Source: an archaeon
Lineage (GTDB): Archaea; Undinarchaeota; Undinarchaeia; Undinarchaeales; JBDRKL01
Reading direction: 5' to 3'
Length of the DNA: 64,000 bases
Assembly: GCA_043814055.1 (NCBI GenBank)
Contig: JBDRKL010000009.1
Location: 1-64,000, forward strand
Shown in pieces: positions 1 to 10,953 of the stretch. The notes under the pieces were generated by a model, which worked only from the letters and a program-made list of their open reading frames with translations, did not search any database and was not told the DNA's origin. A program made the translations under genes and the position numbers. Positions within the stretch are counted from its first letter, which is position 1. Each line of letters begins with the position of its first letter.

Positions 1-49
1 GTAGGTTACGAAAGATATATATACCAGAAAAACAGGTCTATTTAAAACT

Positions 50-274
50 ATGCGTTTGATAGGGCAAGTTCTTCATTCTTCAAAAAACAGCCGGCTTGTT
101 CTCCGTACGGACTGCGTTCCAAAGGGAAACGAACGGGTTTATACAGAAGGAGGAGAGCCGATTGGCAGAGTAGCTGAAGTTTTTGGACCTGTGAAAAAAC
201 CATTTGTTTCCGTCAAGCCCTTCAAGAACGTGAATCTGGAAAAAATTATTGGAGAAAAAATATTCACAAAATAA
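50..274 (+). CDS. gar1: H/ACA RNP Gar1/Naf1-family protein
   Basis: IGRVAEVFGPVKKPFVSVKP matches the archaeal Gar1 motif; conserved position upstream of tfb. Confidence 0.85.
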   Translation: MRLIGQVLHSSKNSRLVLRTDCVPKGNERVYTEGGEPIGRVAEVFGPVKKPFVSVKPFKNVNLEKIIGEKIFTK

Positions 275-333
275 GACACAAAGCAATCTTTGTGTTTATT
301 TTGAAATCGATGAAATAAAGGAAATTTCAAAAT
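271..333 (+). repeat. Family C leader element, degenerate copy
   Basis: GACACAAAGCAAT..TTTGTGTTTATTTTGAAAT..ATTTCAAAATAA aligns with the copies at 27616, 38011 and 58151; two hairpins; no bridging ORF. Confidence 0.65.
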
Positions 334-339
334 AAGAAA

Positions 340-1407
340 ATGACTACTAAAAAATCAAAACCAACACCTAAAAAAACTGCGCCAAAAAAAGCAGCTGTAA
401 AAAAGAATGCATTAACAAAAAAAACCACTGCAAAGCCAAGACCAAAACCAAGTGCAAAACATGCACAAAAGCCAGTTGAACACAAGACCGCAACCCCGCC
501 AGGCGATAATTGCCCGGAGTGCGGCTCAACCAGCTTGGGATTTGACCCGCGCAGGGCTGAAAAGACCTGCAACAAGTGCGGCCTGGTTGTAGAGGACAGG
601 CAGATTGACACTTCACAGGAATGGAGAGCGTTTGACCATGAGCAGAGGCAGAAGAGGGACAGGACAGGCTCATTCCTTACTTACACAAGGCACGACAAGG
701 GGCTTAGCACCTCAATCGGGGACCACGGTTATTCTGACTTGTATAAATTGGCGCCTTCAAAGCGCGCATCATTCTACAGGATGAGAAAGTGGCACAGCCA
801 GGTTTCAACAGCCACTGAACGCAATTTGCGTTATGCCCTGTCTGAGCTGGACAGGATTTCCTCAGCGCTCGGCCTGCCGAAGAACATCAGAGAAACCACT
901 GCACTTGTTTACAGGAAAGCAGTCACGAAAGGTCTTGTGCGCGGAAGGTCAATGGAATCCGTTGTCGCTGCTGCGCTTTACGCAGCGTGCAGAAAGCACA
1001 ATGTGCCGAGAACTCTGGACGAGATTGCAGAGGGCTCAAATGTCAAGAAGCGCGAAGTAGGGAGAACTTACAGGTTCATCACGCGCGAGTTGGGAATGAA
1101 GCTCCTGCCGACATCACCGGTTGATTATGTTTCAAGGTTTGCTTCTGAGCTCAAGCTTTCGCCAAAGGTTCAGGAGAAGGCGATTGAGATTCTCAAGACC
1201 GCGCAGACAAAGGACCTTGTATCAGGAAGAGGACCGACAGGGGTTGCAGCAGCTTCCATTTACGTTGCGAGCACGCTAAGTGGCGAGAAGAGAACTCAGC
1301 GCGAGGTTGCAGAGGTTGCTGGAGTAACAGAGGTTACAATTAGGAACAGGTACAAGGAATTGATTGAAGAGCTGGGAATTGAAGATAAGATGGCGGAAGC
1401 TATTTGA
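340..1407 (+). CDS. tfb: Transcription initiation factor B with a Lys/Pro-rich N-terminal extension
   Basis: CPECG..CNKCG zinc ribbon, EWRAF, two cyclin repeats ([19 protein letters not shown]). Confidence 0.97.
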   Translation: MTTKKSKPTPKKTAPKKAAVKKNALTKKTTAKPRPKPSAKHAQKPVEHKTATPPGDNCPECGSTSLGFDPRRAEKTCNKCGLVVEDRQIDTSQEWRAFDHEQRQKRDRTGSFLTYTRHDKGLSTSIGDHGYSDLYKLAPSKRASFYRMRKWHSQVSTATERNLRYALSELDRISSALGLPKNIRETTALVYRKAVTKGLVRGRSMESVVAAALYAACRKHNVPRTLDEIAEGSNVKKREVGRTYRFITRELGMKLLPTSPVDYVSRFASELKLSPKVQEKAIEILKTAQTKDLVSGRGPTGVAAASIYVASTLSGEKRTQREVAEVAGVTEVTIRNRYKELIEELGIEDKMAEAI

Positions 1408-1423
1408 GCTAAGTAAGTTCGTT

Positions 1424-1720
1424 TTAGATAAAAAACAAACTTAGGTAAATTAGAGGTAAGAGCGTTACCACAAGGGCAATTATAGCCATTTTATGGTTCT
1501 TCTGGATGAACAGGAGAACAGTCCATGCCACTCCGAAGATTATGAGGAGTATAGAATCAATTATTGAGAGTATTGCATAGCCAAAGGCCCAGTCTGCATA
1601 TGCGGCGCCTGCTGAACCAATGACCCAGAAAAGCAGTATTCCAAGGTTTAGTATAAGGAATATACCGATTGTTCCAAGCAAGCAGAACTTGTTTGAGTTG
1701 TCTTGAGTTTTAGTTTTCAT
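1424..1720 (-). CDS. Small membrane protein (about 3 TM)
   Basis: Hydrophobic ORF; ATG at 1720 (MKTKTQ) preferred over the longer overlapping start. Confidence 0.6.
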   Translation of the reverse strand: MKTKTQDNSNKFCLLGTIGIFLILNLGILLFWVIGSAGAAYADWAFGYAILSIIDSILLIIFGVAWTVLLFIQKNHKMAIIALVVTLLPLIYLSLFFI

Positions 1721-1934
1721 TGGACACCTCGCGGCACTCACCCCGTCCAGATACAATTAAACCCCCTTCTTCGAAACACGTCCCTGGGCATGGCTCTTCA
1801 GAAAATCTCTGGCATTGTTGAGTTTCCGCGCACCATTGGTATGAGGAGGAGGCATCACAACCATGCTCATCAAGTGAACCTACCACCAAAACTACCAAAA
1901 TTAGTAGTATCCCTATGAGTATTTTAGATTTCAT
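1710..1934 (-). CDS. Small secreted Cys-rich protein
   Basis: Signal/TM helix followed by a DEHGC..YQWC..C..EEPC motif. Confidence 0.65.
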   Translation of the reverse strand: MKSKILIGILLILVVLVVGSLDEHGCDASSSYQWCAETQQCQRFSEEPCPGTCFEEGGLIVSGRGECREVSNEN

Positions 1935-3775
1935 GTTTCAATGGCATTTTGGATTATTGTTGGTAGATAACATGAAGACGAAATAGAATCATAAAAAGCG
2001 CGAGGATTTCTTCGCAAGAAATCTTCGTTTTCAGATTCGATAGCTTCTTTTACCATTGTCTGTGCTGAATCGCAAAGATTCAAATCATTTTGTGCAGCAC
2101 CCATGTTATAGTAGCATTGAAATTCTAGATCTTCATCAGATTTAGAAATAGGGATTGGAGAGTACATCTCTTTTAAAAAACTCTTGCATGAAGACACATC
2201 TTCAAAAAACTTATACCTGCAATCCATATAATTTTGTTCTATGTCACCTATGTAAATATTATTAAGAACAGCTGTAATATTTAGCGCATCATTAAGAATT
2301 TGATCACAATCTGACGCACTCTTTGCTTTTTCTATAATACACTTGTACCTTAAGAAATCTGAAGGGACAACTCCGTAAGGATCTGACGCATAATAGGCTG
2401 AAGCATTACAGTAAGCTATATCATTTGAATCAAAATCCACAAAACAAGGCCGGTCTGAGTAAATACAAATATTATCCTTGGAAATTAGATAATTGCAATA
2501 GCCAACAAAATCATTGTTAATGTAATAGGTGTGTGCCTCTGAATCCACCCATTCAACGTCAGGTTCGTATTTATGGGCCTTACCACTAATTACAGAATGA
2601 TCATCAAGATAAGCTTCATCAACGCTTTTTTCCGTGAAGAGCGAACAAGCTTCTTTGTTTCCTGACAAAATTATTCTTTGAAGAACATCCTGAAGGCAAT
2701 AACGACGATCAAAAAGGTCCGAGTATTCCTCACACATCCGAGGGTCTTCTTTTATAACTGCCAAAACACCAAGGCAATTGTATGTGTTTGCTACTGTTGC
2801 ATAAGACCCAGATTTTAATTTATCCCCATAGTACTCAACACAAATAGACTCGTCCTTTTGTTTTACCGCTATTTCTCGTATATATGTCGCAAAATCTCTT
2901 TCACAGGAAAATATTGGAATATCCTTTTTAAGACTATTACAAAGACTTAAATCTTCCCGTATAATTGCCTCACACCCCATTTTATTATCAATATCCTCGA
3001 GTCTATCACAAATGTCTGAAAACACTATACCTTTCTCTTTCTCAGGCTCTTTCTCGGGTTCTTTCTCCACTTCAGGTGCGCAGAGCTTTTTCACTAGCAA
3101 ATCAGCGTAAGTTTCAAGGTAATCTTCTTCTACCGCAGTCCGGGGGTTTCCGTGCCCTGCTGAAATCTCCTCTTGGATTACTAAATTCTCAGCCCTGTAA
3201 TACGCAAATGTTGTTAAGTAGGGATCTCCATTCCCATCCATCCCAAGGCTTGAATAGATAAAACCCTCGTCGCCAAAATCAAATTCACTGACTTCTATTC
3301 TGCTGCCGTCTATATTCGAGCTGTATCCTGCAATTTCTTTCTTGTTCTTGTAGTAATTGTCAGCATCATTTTTATTTGTGAACTTTTCTATGGTAACTGT
3401 TAAATCTGCTACAACGCCTTCCGATGCAACACGTTCGGGAGTATTTATTGATGACATTTCAACATAGGGAGCAAAACCATCTGACCTCTCAATGTCGCTT
3501 TCATAGTTAACTGTACTTTCCGTTTTATAGGTTGTTTTTGTTGCAGTTCTTAATTCGTATTTATGATAACCCTCAAGGTAGGTCCAGCCTGATGGCAGAT
3601 CTTCCTGTATAAGAACTAAGTCGCCAGATTTTTCACTAAGATGGCATTTGACACCAGAAACTGCCACGTTGCTTGAGCCGCCGCCAGTTTCTCCATTGCC
3701 GCCACCTCCACCGACGCAGCCGGCGACGAGTATTACTAAAAGCAGAGAAAATAAAACAATGAGTTGTTTTTTCAT
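1931..3775 (-). CDS. Lipoprotein-like surface protein with Cys-rich helical repeats
   Basis: LVAGC lipobox-like motif, Gly linker, repeated C-x(8-12)-C spacing; AT-rich. Confidence 0.75.
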   Translation of the reverse strand: MKKQLIVLFSLLLVILVAGCVGGGGGNGETGGGSSNVAVSGVKCHLSEKSGDLVLIQEDLPSGWTYLEGYHKYELRTATKTTYKTESTVNYESDIERSDGFAPYVEMSSINTPERVASEGVVADLTVTIEKFTNKNDADNYYKNKKEIAGYSSNIDGSRIEVSEFDFGDEGFIYSSLGMDGNGDPYLTTFAYYRAENLVIQEEISAGHGNPRTAVEEDYLETYADLLVKKLCAPEVEKEPEKEPEKEKGIVFSDICDRLEDIDNKMGCEAIIREDLSLCNSLKKDIPIFSCERDFATYIREIAVKQKDESICVEYYGDKLKSGSYATVANTYNCLGVLAVIKEDPRMCEEYSDLFDRRYCLQDVLQRIILSGNKEACSLFTEKSVDEAYLDDHSVISGKAHKYEPDVEWVDSEAHTYYINNDFVGYCNYLISKDNICIYSDRPCFVDFDSNDIAYCNASAYYASDPYGVVPSDFLRYKCIIEKAKSASDCDQILNDALNITAVLNNIYIGDIEQNYMDCRYKFFEDVSSCKSFLKEMYSPIPISKSDEDLEFQCYYNMGAAQNDLNLCDSAQTMVKEAIESENEDFLRRNPRAFYDSISSSCYLPTIIQNAIET

Positions 3776-3809
3776 ACTTTGACGTAAGTGAAAGGACTTT
3801 ATAAAAGTT

Positions 3810-5105
3810 TCACCCCTCGCAATAGCACTTGTAGCCTTCCTGCTTTATGTACGCAAAACCTTTGCTTTTGCACCATTTATAGCAACAGTCATAATCGCTT
3901 GAACAGGTGAACGGCATGTTTCTCGCACTGCATTTGATAAATGAACTGGCAGGGTTGGGGTATTGATCATTGCAGCCATTCCCAAGCTTATTTTGCACAA
4001 GAGCAGTTGAAGAGGCAGAGCTCCCATAGCAACAAGCCCTTACATTATTGTAGGAGGTGCCCTCGCTCTCAGGCTCGGAATCGGACTCAACAGCTTCGGG
4101 CTCCGGCTCTTCTGCCCCTCCGGATTCAATTTTGGATTCAGACTTGGTTTCACCCGCTTCATCTGTAGTGCCCCCCTCGGTGTCAAGGTAGTGCTTGGGC
4201 TGGCCGCCAAGGCATTCAACGTAGATGTCAGCCAGGTCTGTAATGCAGGAATTGTCCTTGGGCAGGACAGCTGCAGATGGATCTTGGTTTGAAAAAATAA
4301 GCAAGGCATCCCCGGTACGGACTACCATTAAAAATACTATGTTTTTAGAAGCGAAAATTTTGGTTTCGTCGCCGTAGACAAATTGAGGGGTTCCTGCAGG
4401 GGAAGGGGGCTCTGCGAAAGCTTCTTTTGCTCCATCTTCAGATGAGAACTCCGTCAATAGTAGACCATAATACTCACCCCCATCTTCTGTACACGTAAAT
4501 TTTACAGTCTCCATATGAGCAGCACCTGGAGTATATGAAAGCTCTTCCTGAGTCATAGATGCTACTGACTTCAGCTTGAACTTTGACTCAAGCTCAGGCT
4601 CACATATTGGGGAATACTTCGGCTCTGAGCTGTAGCCGGCCTCCACGCCGACGCGGGCCGCAATGCTTGGGTTGCTACTGGCCGAACCCTTGCTAAAACT
4701 GTCAAATGGCACAAGTGCCATGGCAACAACAGCGACTACAACTGCTATTATTAGAATTATAAAAAAGAGCATTTTCTTGTTCAGCGGGAAATGCACGGGC
4801 GTAGCTTTCTCGCTTTTTGGCTTTGCCTTGCTTTGCTTTGGGACTGACTCAGAAATCTTTGATGCTGCAGTGGCTGCCTTTACTTGTATCTTTTTGAGGA
4901 CAGAGTCCTTTGGCGGAGTTTCTGCAGCTGGCTTTCCCTTGCCCAAAAAACGAGCAATGAAGCTGGACGATATTATTGACACCCATCCTAAGAGCAGGAA
5001 CAGGTAAAAGGCTGACTTTCCAATAAAGAGGAATGAAAAACAGCCCAACAGCATTAGCACCAAGCCGGCAGCAAGAACAAGCCTTTGTAGTTTTAAGGGG
5101 TCCAT
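3810..5105 (-). CDS. Membrane-anchored protein with acidic linker and Cys-rich C-terminal domain
   Basis: 3 TM segments, E/P/S-rich linker, C-terminal CC..C..C..CC..C..CxC. Confidence 0.7.
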   Translation of the reverse strand: MDPLKLQRLVLAAGLVLMLLGCFSFLFIGKSAFYLFLLLGWVSIISSSFIARFLGKGKPAAETPPKDSVLKKIQVKAATAASKISESVPKQSKAKPKSEKATPVHFPLNKKMLFFIILIIAVVVAVVAMALVPFDSFSKGSASSNPSIAARVGVEAGYSSEPKYSPICEPELESKFKLKSVASMTQEELSYTPGAAHMETVKFTCTEDGGEYYGLLLTEFSSEDGAKEAFAEPPSPAGTPQFVYGDETKIFASKNIVFLMVVRTGDALLIFSNQDPSAAVLPKDNSCITDLADIYVECLGGQPKHYLDTEGGTTDEAGETKSESKIESGGAEEPEPEAVESDSEPESEGTSYNNVRACCYGSSASSTALVQNKLGNGCNDQYPNPASSFIKCSARNMPFTCSSDYDCCYKWCKSKGFAYIKQEGYKCYCEG

Positions 5106-5157
5106 AAAAAGTATAAGGAGCTACTAGTTATAAAGGTATTTGATAAAATGGCTGAGG

Positions 5158-6156
5158 CTATTTAATCCTAATTCCGTCCAGCTTAAAATGCGTCCTTGTC
5201 GCCTTATGCTCTTTCAAAACTACTTCAAGTTTGGGAATTTCTTTGTAAAGCTCGCGCGTGGTGTAAAACAAAGGCTTGCCCTCTGCTTCAGCTTTCATAA
5301 AAACAAGAATCTTTGAAAGCTCCTTGTCTTCTGTATTTAATTTGTTCAAGAACACATAATCCCAGAGTTTTCCAATCCACAATCGGCCGGCGTGCTTGAA
5401 TGCTGTGCCGCATTTGCACTTGATTTTCTTTTGAGCTGAAACAGAACGCGCGCCGCACTTGAAGCAGTGATTCACATACCCGAGCTCTTTTGTTCCAGTT
5501 GGTTTCACAAAGACCCTGAGGTAGTGCCTGTTACTCAGGCTGAGCAAAGGAGTTATTCCATTCTCTGATTTCTGCGCGATGAGACCAAGCAGAATCCGAA
5601 TCGCAATTTCGTGAACATACTCGCACTTCAGCGTTGTTGCATCATTGTATTTCACCATAGGAGTTCCTGCAGGCGGAGCTGCGCCGCACAGCGCTCTTGT
5701 GTCAGTCGCAGTAATCCCAAGCAAACCGTTCTTCTTGCAGCCCTTGAGCGCTGAGTCAATGAAATCCGCAGGGCTTCCGAACGGGTCAAGGTCAATTAAG
5801 TCATACTTGCGTTTCTCAAGAAGCTCGCACGCGTCGCTGTGGAACACTTGAACATTCTCAAGCTCGTTGAGCGCAATGTTCTTTTCAAGAATTTCAACCG
5901 CGGTTTTGCGTATGTCCCCTGCGTAAACTTGGGTGTTCAGCACTTCTTTGGCATATCTTAAAGCGCGGACTCCTGTTGCTGAGAGCGGTTCGCAAACTGA
6001 AACAGCTTTTCGTGTTTTAAAAAACTCCTGGGCCACAAGAATACTTAAGTCGCGGTTAAGCTTCATTTCCGGATTGTAGAACGCTTCGGATTCCTTTGGG
6101 CTACTGGGCTGAGCAGGTATGCTGATTTGAACTGAGCCTTCGGATATCGTTTCCAT
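5158..6156 (-). CDS. trm1: tRNA (guanine26-N2)-dimethyltransferase
   Basis: FYNPEMKLNRDLS, SATGVRALRY, IDLDPFGSP, TATD motifs. Confidence 0.93.
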   Translation of the reverse strand: METISEGSVQISIPAQPSSPKESEAFYNPEMKLNRDLSILVAQEFFKTRKAVSVCEPLSATGVRALRYAKEVLNTQVYAGDIRKTAVEILEKNIALNELENVQVFHSDACELLEKRKYDLIDLDPFGSPADFIDSALKGCKKNGLLGITATDTRALCGAAPPAGTPMVKYNDATTLKCEYVHEIAIRILLGLIAQKSENGITPLLSLSNRHYLRVFVKPTGTKELGYVNHCFKCGARSVSAQKKIKCKCGTAFKHAGRLWIGKLWDYVFLNKLNTEDKELSKILVFMKAEAEGKPLFYTTRELYKEIPKLEVVLKEHKATRTHFKLDGIRIK

Positions 6157-6197
6157 AAACAAAGCTTAAATATACTCAAACCTATTTAAAAGCACAC

Positions 6198-7808
6198 ATG
6201 GATGTTAACACCCTGCTTGACTTTGTGGAAGAGCTTCTAAACATGTACGGGTACGAGACCCGCAGGAATGTTGGGATTAAGGGGCACGAGATTCACACAA
6301 CTCCGCTTGAGCGCGAGACCGGAACCCTTGACGAGCACAAGAAAATGCCTGTAAAACACGAGCCAGGCATCGCATACAAGGTTGATATTCTCGCTGAGAA
6401 GAAGGATATTGAACGACCTTTTGGAAGATTAATCGTAAGGTACAAGAGAGGCCAGGGGCCTGTAACACGGCAGGATGTTGAGCACCTTGGGCACATCAAG
6501 GAGTACGCGGACGCGCACTCAGCAATTCTGTTAACAACCACAGGCTTTGACCACGAGGCAGAGCATGCTTCACACTTCATGCACGTTACCCTAATGACCC
6601 CTGAGAAGATACAGAGTTTACTTGGGAAAGCAATGGTCAAGGACAAGTGGTGGTTCAACGCTCCAGCTTACCCGGTCAAGTGGGACTATGAGAAGGTCAA
6701 ATGGAAGCTCAAGTGGTTCTTTGAGAAAATTATGATGATTAACTTTGACTGCATCTGGTTCTGGAACAAGGAGCTTGCGTATGAGCCGCACTGGAAGTTC
6801 TCGTACCACATTGCACCAAAGGTCAAAAGCGAGGGGATGAAAGAAGGTTATTTCTCAATCAATGCCCATACAGGAGAGATTGACACCTGGATTGACCAGG
6901 TGCCTGAAGTGGCAGCAGGAGGCGATTCAGGAACAACTTTGAAAGACGCCTGGTTCGGCAGGGAAGCAGTGCACACCGTGGAAGCAATACATATGGTCTC
7001 GCGCACCAAGATAAAGAAGCCGAAACTGCCGAAGGGCGTGAACTTCGTTGTGTTCAAGCCATCAATGGAGAAGCACGAGGCAAAGCTTGCGGCAATCCAG
7101 TGGATTTCATATGTTGAGAATGTACTACCTGAAGATGTTGTAATAACCAGCAGGGAACTTGTTTATTACCCGTGGTGGAAATTCTTCTATTTCTACCGGC
7201 CGATTGTAAAGAACTCCTGGCAGGATACTGAGTATTTCGGCATCAAGATGTCCGGTGTGTACGGCGATATATTCAACCAGTACAGGGCTTATTCAATGAA
7301 GCGTGATGTCATCTATTATTATATGGAAAAGTCCCTCATCAAGATGCTCGGCAGGGACCGCTACGTGAAGATGATGCGAAAAGTCACGCTTGGGATAAGC
7401 GTGCTTTGGTGGAACTACCACTTGGTAATAAAGCCTAACTACATTTGGGCATTCTTGCTCCTGCTCACGGGTGGAACCATATACGCGTTCATCACAGCAT
7501 CATTTGGCCTGAGCATTGTGCTGGGCATACTGCTCGCGCTCATATTCATGGGGCCGGGTTATGCTTTCCTGTACATCCTACAGGACTACCTGAAGCGCTA
7601 CCCAGTAGCTAGCTACCAGCACCCGGTACTCACAAAGAAGAAGTATGAGAAACTCACAAAGCCAGTGGTTGAGGCAAACATAGCATTTGCTCAGCTGGAG
7701 AAACTGGAGATTGAAGACAAGCTCAATAGCAAGGAGAAGAAGGCGCTTGAAAAAATCAGGAATAAGAGAACAAAAGGCCTAGTGAAGAAAGTAAAGAAGG
7801 CGAACTAA
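6198..7808 (+). CDS. Mrr-like restriction-endonuclease-fold protein with C-terminal TM helices
   Basis: N-terminal VDILAEK..LIVRYKR..AILLTTTGF resembles the Mrr catalytic domain; two TM helices near the C-terminus. Confidence 0.6.
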   Translation: MDVNTLLDFVEELLNMYGYETRRNVGIKGHEIHTTPLERETGTLDEHKKMPVKHEPGIAYKVDILAEKKDIERPFGRLIVRYKRGQGPVTRQDVEHLGHIKEYADAHSAILLTTTGFDHEAEHASHFMHVTLMTPEKIQSLLGKAMVKDKWWFNAPAYPVKWDYEKVKWKLKWFFEKIMMINFDCIWFWNKELAYEPHWKFSYHIAPKVKSEGMKEGYFSINAHTGEIDTWIDQVPEVAAGGDSGTTLKDAWFGREAVHTVEAIHMVSRTKIKKPKLPKGVNFVVFKPSMEKHEAKLAAIQWISYVENVLPEDVVITSRELVYYPWWKFFYFYRPIVKNSWQDTEYFGIKMSGVYGDIFNQYRAYSMKRDVIYYYMEKSLIKMLGRDRYVKMMRKVTLGISVLWWNYHLVIKPNYIWAFLLLLTGGTIYAFITASFGLSIVLGILLALIFMGPGYAFLYILQDYLKRYPVASYQHPVLTKKKYEKLTKPVVEANIAFAQLEKLEIEDKLNSKEKKALEKIRNKRTKGLVKKVKKAN

Positions 7809-8477
7809 ATGGGAATAGACAAAATTTATACAAACAAACTTGCAGACCTGAAAAAACAGGATGCAAAAGCCGTGAGTAATCACCTCAATAAGGTTGCTGA
7901 AGCACTGAACAGGAAGAAGGACATATTGGATGGCAATATTGAAGAACTGCTTGAGAACATAACAAACCCGCGTGAGGAAGTCACGCAGATTATGGCACTA
8001 ATTGACGAGGTTGAAAGCACGGTGAAAGCAGACCTGCTTGCAGAGCTCCTTGCGCTTGAAGTTAGCGCGCGCGAACTCGTGGAATCAATAGACAGGGAAT
8101 ATGCAATGGTCATAGGGCTTGAAGCCAGTAACGACACCAGCCAGACTGGCATTGAAAAAGAGATTGCTGATGAGATGGAAGTGGTGCACAACATTGAGCA
8201 CCAGTTGAACAGAGCAGTTGAGATTCACGCGCTCACCAAAGGAATCATAGAAAAAGCCGCAGCACACGAGAACGAAGAGCAGAGAAACAAGATAAGTGAA
8301 AGCGCAGTCAACATAAATGACATTGTTAGCTACATATCAAATATCATACTCAGGGAAGAGCTTCCAAACCTGAAGATAGTATACAGCCTGCTCCGGCTGG
8401 CGGATTGGCCGGATGCAATGGATAGAATCTTAACACTAGAGAAGAAATTTGAAGAAATTGAGCCAAAACTTCTCTAA
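7809..8477 (+). CDS. Hypothetical helical/coiled-coil protein
   Basis: 222-aa ORF abutting the previous stop; acidic amphipathic helices. Confidence 0.65.
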   Translation: MGIDKIYTNKLADLKKQDAKAVSNHLNKVAEALNRKKDILDGNIEELLENITNPREEVTQIMALIDEVESTVKADLLAELLALEVSARELVESIDREYAMVIGLEASNDTSQTGIEKEIADEMEVVHNIEHQLNRAVEIHALTKGIIEKAAAHENEEQRNKISESAVNINDIVSYISNIILREELPNLKIVYSLLRLADWPDAMDRILTLEKKFEEIEPKLL

Positions 8478-8556
8478 CGTAAAGAATATATAAGGGTAAG
8501 GCAGCTATATATGAGAACTGGTTTTGAGGCCAGCTTATTTGTTTCATGGGAATATC

Positions 8557-9036
8557 ATGGCAGAAAAGAGACAGCACACAATCATACGAGTGGCAGGGAA
8601 AGATTTAGCCGGGGCTGAAACCGTAGAGAACTCACTGAGAGGAATTCGCGGAGTCAGTTTTATGACAGCCCGGGCGATACTAATCAGAAGCGGCATAGAC
8701 AGAAGCATAAAGCTGGGCGACCTGCCTGATGCTGACATCAAGAAGCTTGAGAGGATAATGGAGAACCCGCAGGACTTTGATTTCCCGCACTGGCTCCTGA
8801 ACAAGAGGAAGGATTACGAGACAGGCGTTGACACTCATTTAGTTGAAACAGACTTGATGCTAAAGAACCGTGAAGAGCTTGAAAGGATGAAGAAGCTTAG
8901 GACATACCGCGGAATAAGGCACATGTTCGGCCTCAAGGTGCGCGGCCAGAGGACGCGCTCAACAGGCAGGAAAAACAAGATGGTCACCACAAGGCGAAAG
9001 GTATCAAAACCAGCAGCAATCGGAGGCAAGAGATAA
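8557..9036 (+). CDS. rps13: 30S ribosomal protein uS13
   Basis: YRGIRHMFGLKVRGQRTRSTGR; S13-S4-S11-rpoD order. Confidence 0.97.
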   Translation: MAEKRQHTIIRVAGKDLAGAETVENSLRGIRGVSFMTARAILIRSGIDRSIKLGDLPDADIKKLERIMENPQDFDFPHWLLNKRKDYETGVDTHLVETDLMLKNREELERMKKLRTYRGIRHMFGLKVRGQRTRSTGRKNKMVTTRRKVSKPAAIGGKR

Positions 9037-9653
9037 TGGGCGACCCTGGCGTTTCAAGGAAACAATATAATACTCCGTCGCATCCTTGGCAGGGCGACAG
9101 AATAAAGGCAGAGGGCAAAGTCGTAAGCGAATACGGGCTGAAGAACAGGAAAGAAATTTGGAAGAGTGAGTCCGACGTCAGAAACTTCAGGAGGCAGGCC
9201 CGCGACCTTATTGGGAAAACAGACGCATATGCAGAAGAGCGAAAGAAAGAACTTATGGCAAAACTTATTCGCAATGGGATTCTTGCAAAAAGCGGAACAC
9301 TTGATGACATTCTTGCACTAGAGTTACGCGACCTTTTAGAGCGCAGACTGCAGACAATTGTTTATAAGAAAGGAATTGGCAGCAGTTCAAGGGATGCGCG
9401 ACAGCTCATACTTCACGGACACATCACAGTCAAAGGCAGGAAATGCACAGCTCCGAGCATGATTCTAACTCAGGAAGAAGAAGAAACACTCGCATACATC
9501 GGGCCTTCAAGAGAGCCGCCAAAACCAGTAGCTCCAAAGAAAGAGAAGAAAGCTGAGAGCGACACCGCATCTGGGGCGAAGAAAGATGAAGTTGTTAAGG
9601 CGCCAAAAGATGCAAAACCTGCAGAAGATAAGATTATAGAGGCGAAAAAATGA
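9036..9653 (+). CDS. rps4: 30S ribosomal protein uS4
   Basis: [37 protein letters not shown]. Confidence 0.97.
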   Translation: MGDPGVSRKQYNTPSHPWQGDRIKAEGKVVSEYGLKNRKEIWKSESDVRNFRRQARDLIGKTDAYAEERKKELMAKLIRNGILAKSGTLDDILALELRDLLERRLQTIVYKKGIGSSSRDARQLILHGHITVKGRKCTAPSMILTQEEEETLAYIGPSREPPKPVAPKKEKKAESDTASGAKKDEVVKAPKDAKPAEDKIIEAKK

Positions 9654-10189
9654 GCCCAGAAAAAGTTGAGGAAAAAAAAGTAGAAGCTGCAAAGCCTGAA
9701 GCGAAAAAGGCAGAGGCTTCTCCAAAGGAGAACGCCACTGCTCAGCCTCCACGAGCAGGCGGGTTTCAAAAGCACGAGTATGCACCAAGGTATGAAAGGC
9801 CAAAGGACAGCAAGAGAGCAGTCGCTCACATATATTCATCCTTTAATAACACCATAATAAACATAACTGACATAACCGGGGCAGAGACCATTGCAAATTA
9901 CTCCGGCGGGATGGTAGTCCGAAGCGGCCGAGAGAAACCATCGCCAATAGCGGCGATGCAGGTTGCGAACCAGGCTGCAGAAGAGGCAAAAGGCAAGGGG
10001 TTCTATGAAATTGACGTAAAGATTCGCGCACCAGGCGGAACTGACGCAAGGTCACACGGCCCAGGCGCTCAGGCAGCCATCAGAGCGTTTACAAGAGCGG
10101 GAATGAAAATTGGAAAGATAGAGGATGTAACCCCACTGCCGCACGGCAACATGAGAAAACCAGGCGGAAGGCGGGGCAGGAGGGTATAA
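9650..10189 (+). CDS. rps11: 30S ribosomal protein uS11 with N-terminal extension
   Basis: [38 protein letters not shown]. Confidence 0.97.
   Translation: MSPEKVEEKKVEAAKPEAKKAEASPKENATAQPPRAGGFQKHEYAPRYERPKDSKRAVAHIYSSFNNTIINITDITGAETIANYSGGMVVRSGREKPSPIAAMQVANQAAEEAKGKGFYEIDVKIRAPGGTDARSHGPGAQAAIRAFTRAGMKIGKIEDVTPLPHGNMRKPGGRRGRRV
9713..9763 (+). repeat. Family A double-hairpin element, in frame within uS11
   Basis: GGCTTCTCCAAAGGAGAACGCC-ACTGCTCAG-CCTCCACGAGCAGGCGGG encodes [17 protein letters not shown]. Confidence 0.8.
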
Positions 10190-10953
10190 TGAAAATTCGC
10201 ATTCTTAACAAAAGCAACTCAAAACTCAGATTTGTACTGGAAGATTCTGATGTTGGCTTCGCAAACGCGCTGAGGCGCACAATGCTCTCGGAGCTTCCAA
10301 CGCTCGCAATAGAGGATGTTACTTTCTTTGAGAACACTTCCGCACTCTACAATGAGCTCGTTGCGCACAGGCTCGGCTTGATACCACTCACAACAGACCT
10401 CAAGACGTTCAAGCTTCCAGGGAGTTGCGGCTGCAAGGGCAAGGGTTGCCCGAAATGCCAGCTCATCTTCACTCTCGTTAGGAAAGGCCCAGGGATGGTT
10501 TATTCTGGTGACCTAAAGTCAAGCGACCCCAAGATAAAAGTCGCTGACGACAAGATACCAATCGTAAAGCTTCTTGAGCACCAGAACATCAAGCTTGAGG
10601 CAACAGCCATACTAGGCCAGGGCAAGACACACGCCAAGTGGCAGCCGGGAATTATTGCTTATCAATATTACCCAAATATTGACGTGAAAAAGCAGACGTG
10701 CATAAAGAGCGCGAAAGAAGTCTGCCCAAAAGATGTATTTGATGACAAGGGCGTTGCAGCGCTTGAGAAGTGCGACCTGTGCAGGGAGTGCGTTGACGTG
10801 TGCGGTAAGGATGCAATTGAAGTTACTGGCATTAACACCAAGTTCCTATTTAACATTGAGACCAACGGCAGCCACAAGCCGGAGAGCATTGTAATTGAGA
10901 GCGCAAAGTATCTTGGCGAAAAGGCGAAAGAGTTTGAGAAAGAGTTGAAGTAA
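10189..10953 (+). CDS. rpoD: DNA-directed RNA polymerase subunit D (Rpo3) with Fe-S domain
   Basis: ANALRR, AHRLGLIPL, HAKWQP, CDLCRECVDVC. Confidence 0.97.
   Translation: MKIRILNKSNSKLRFVLEDSDVGFANALRRTMLSELPTLAIEDVTFFENTSALYNELVAHRLGLIPLTTDLKTFKLPGSCGCKGKGCPKCQLIFTLVRKGPGMVYSGDLKSSDPKIKVADDKIPIVKLLEHQNIKLEATAILGQGKTHAKWQPGIIAYQYYPNIDVKKQTCIKSAKEVCPKDVFDDKGVAALEKCDLCRECVDVCGKDAIEVTGINTKFLFNIETNGSHKPESIVIESAKYLGEKAKEFEKELK

Noticed and set aside
5661-5690. GCAGGCGGAG in trm1 resembling family A hairpin 2
   Set aside because: Only a 10-nt match, no hairpin partner, opposite orientation to the other coding copies
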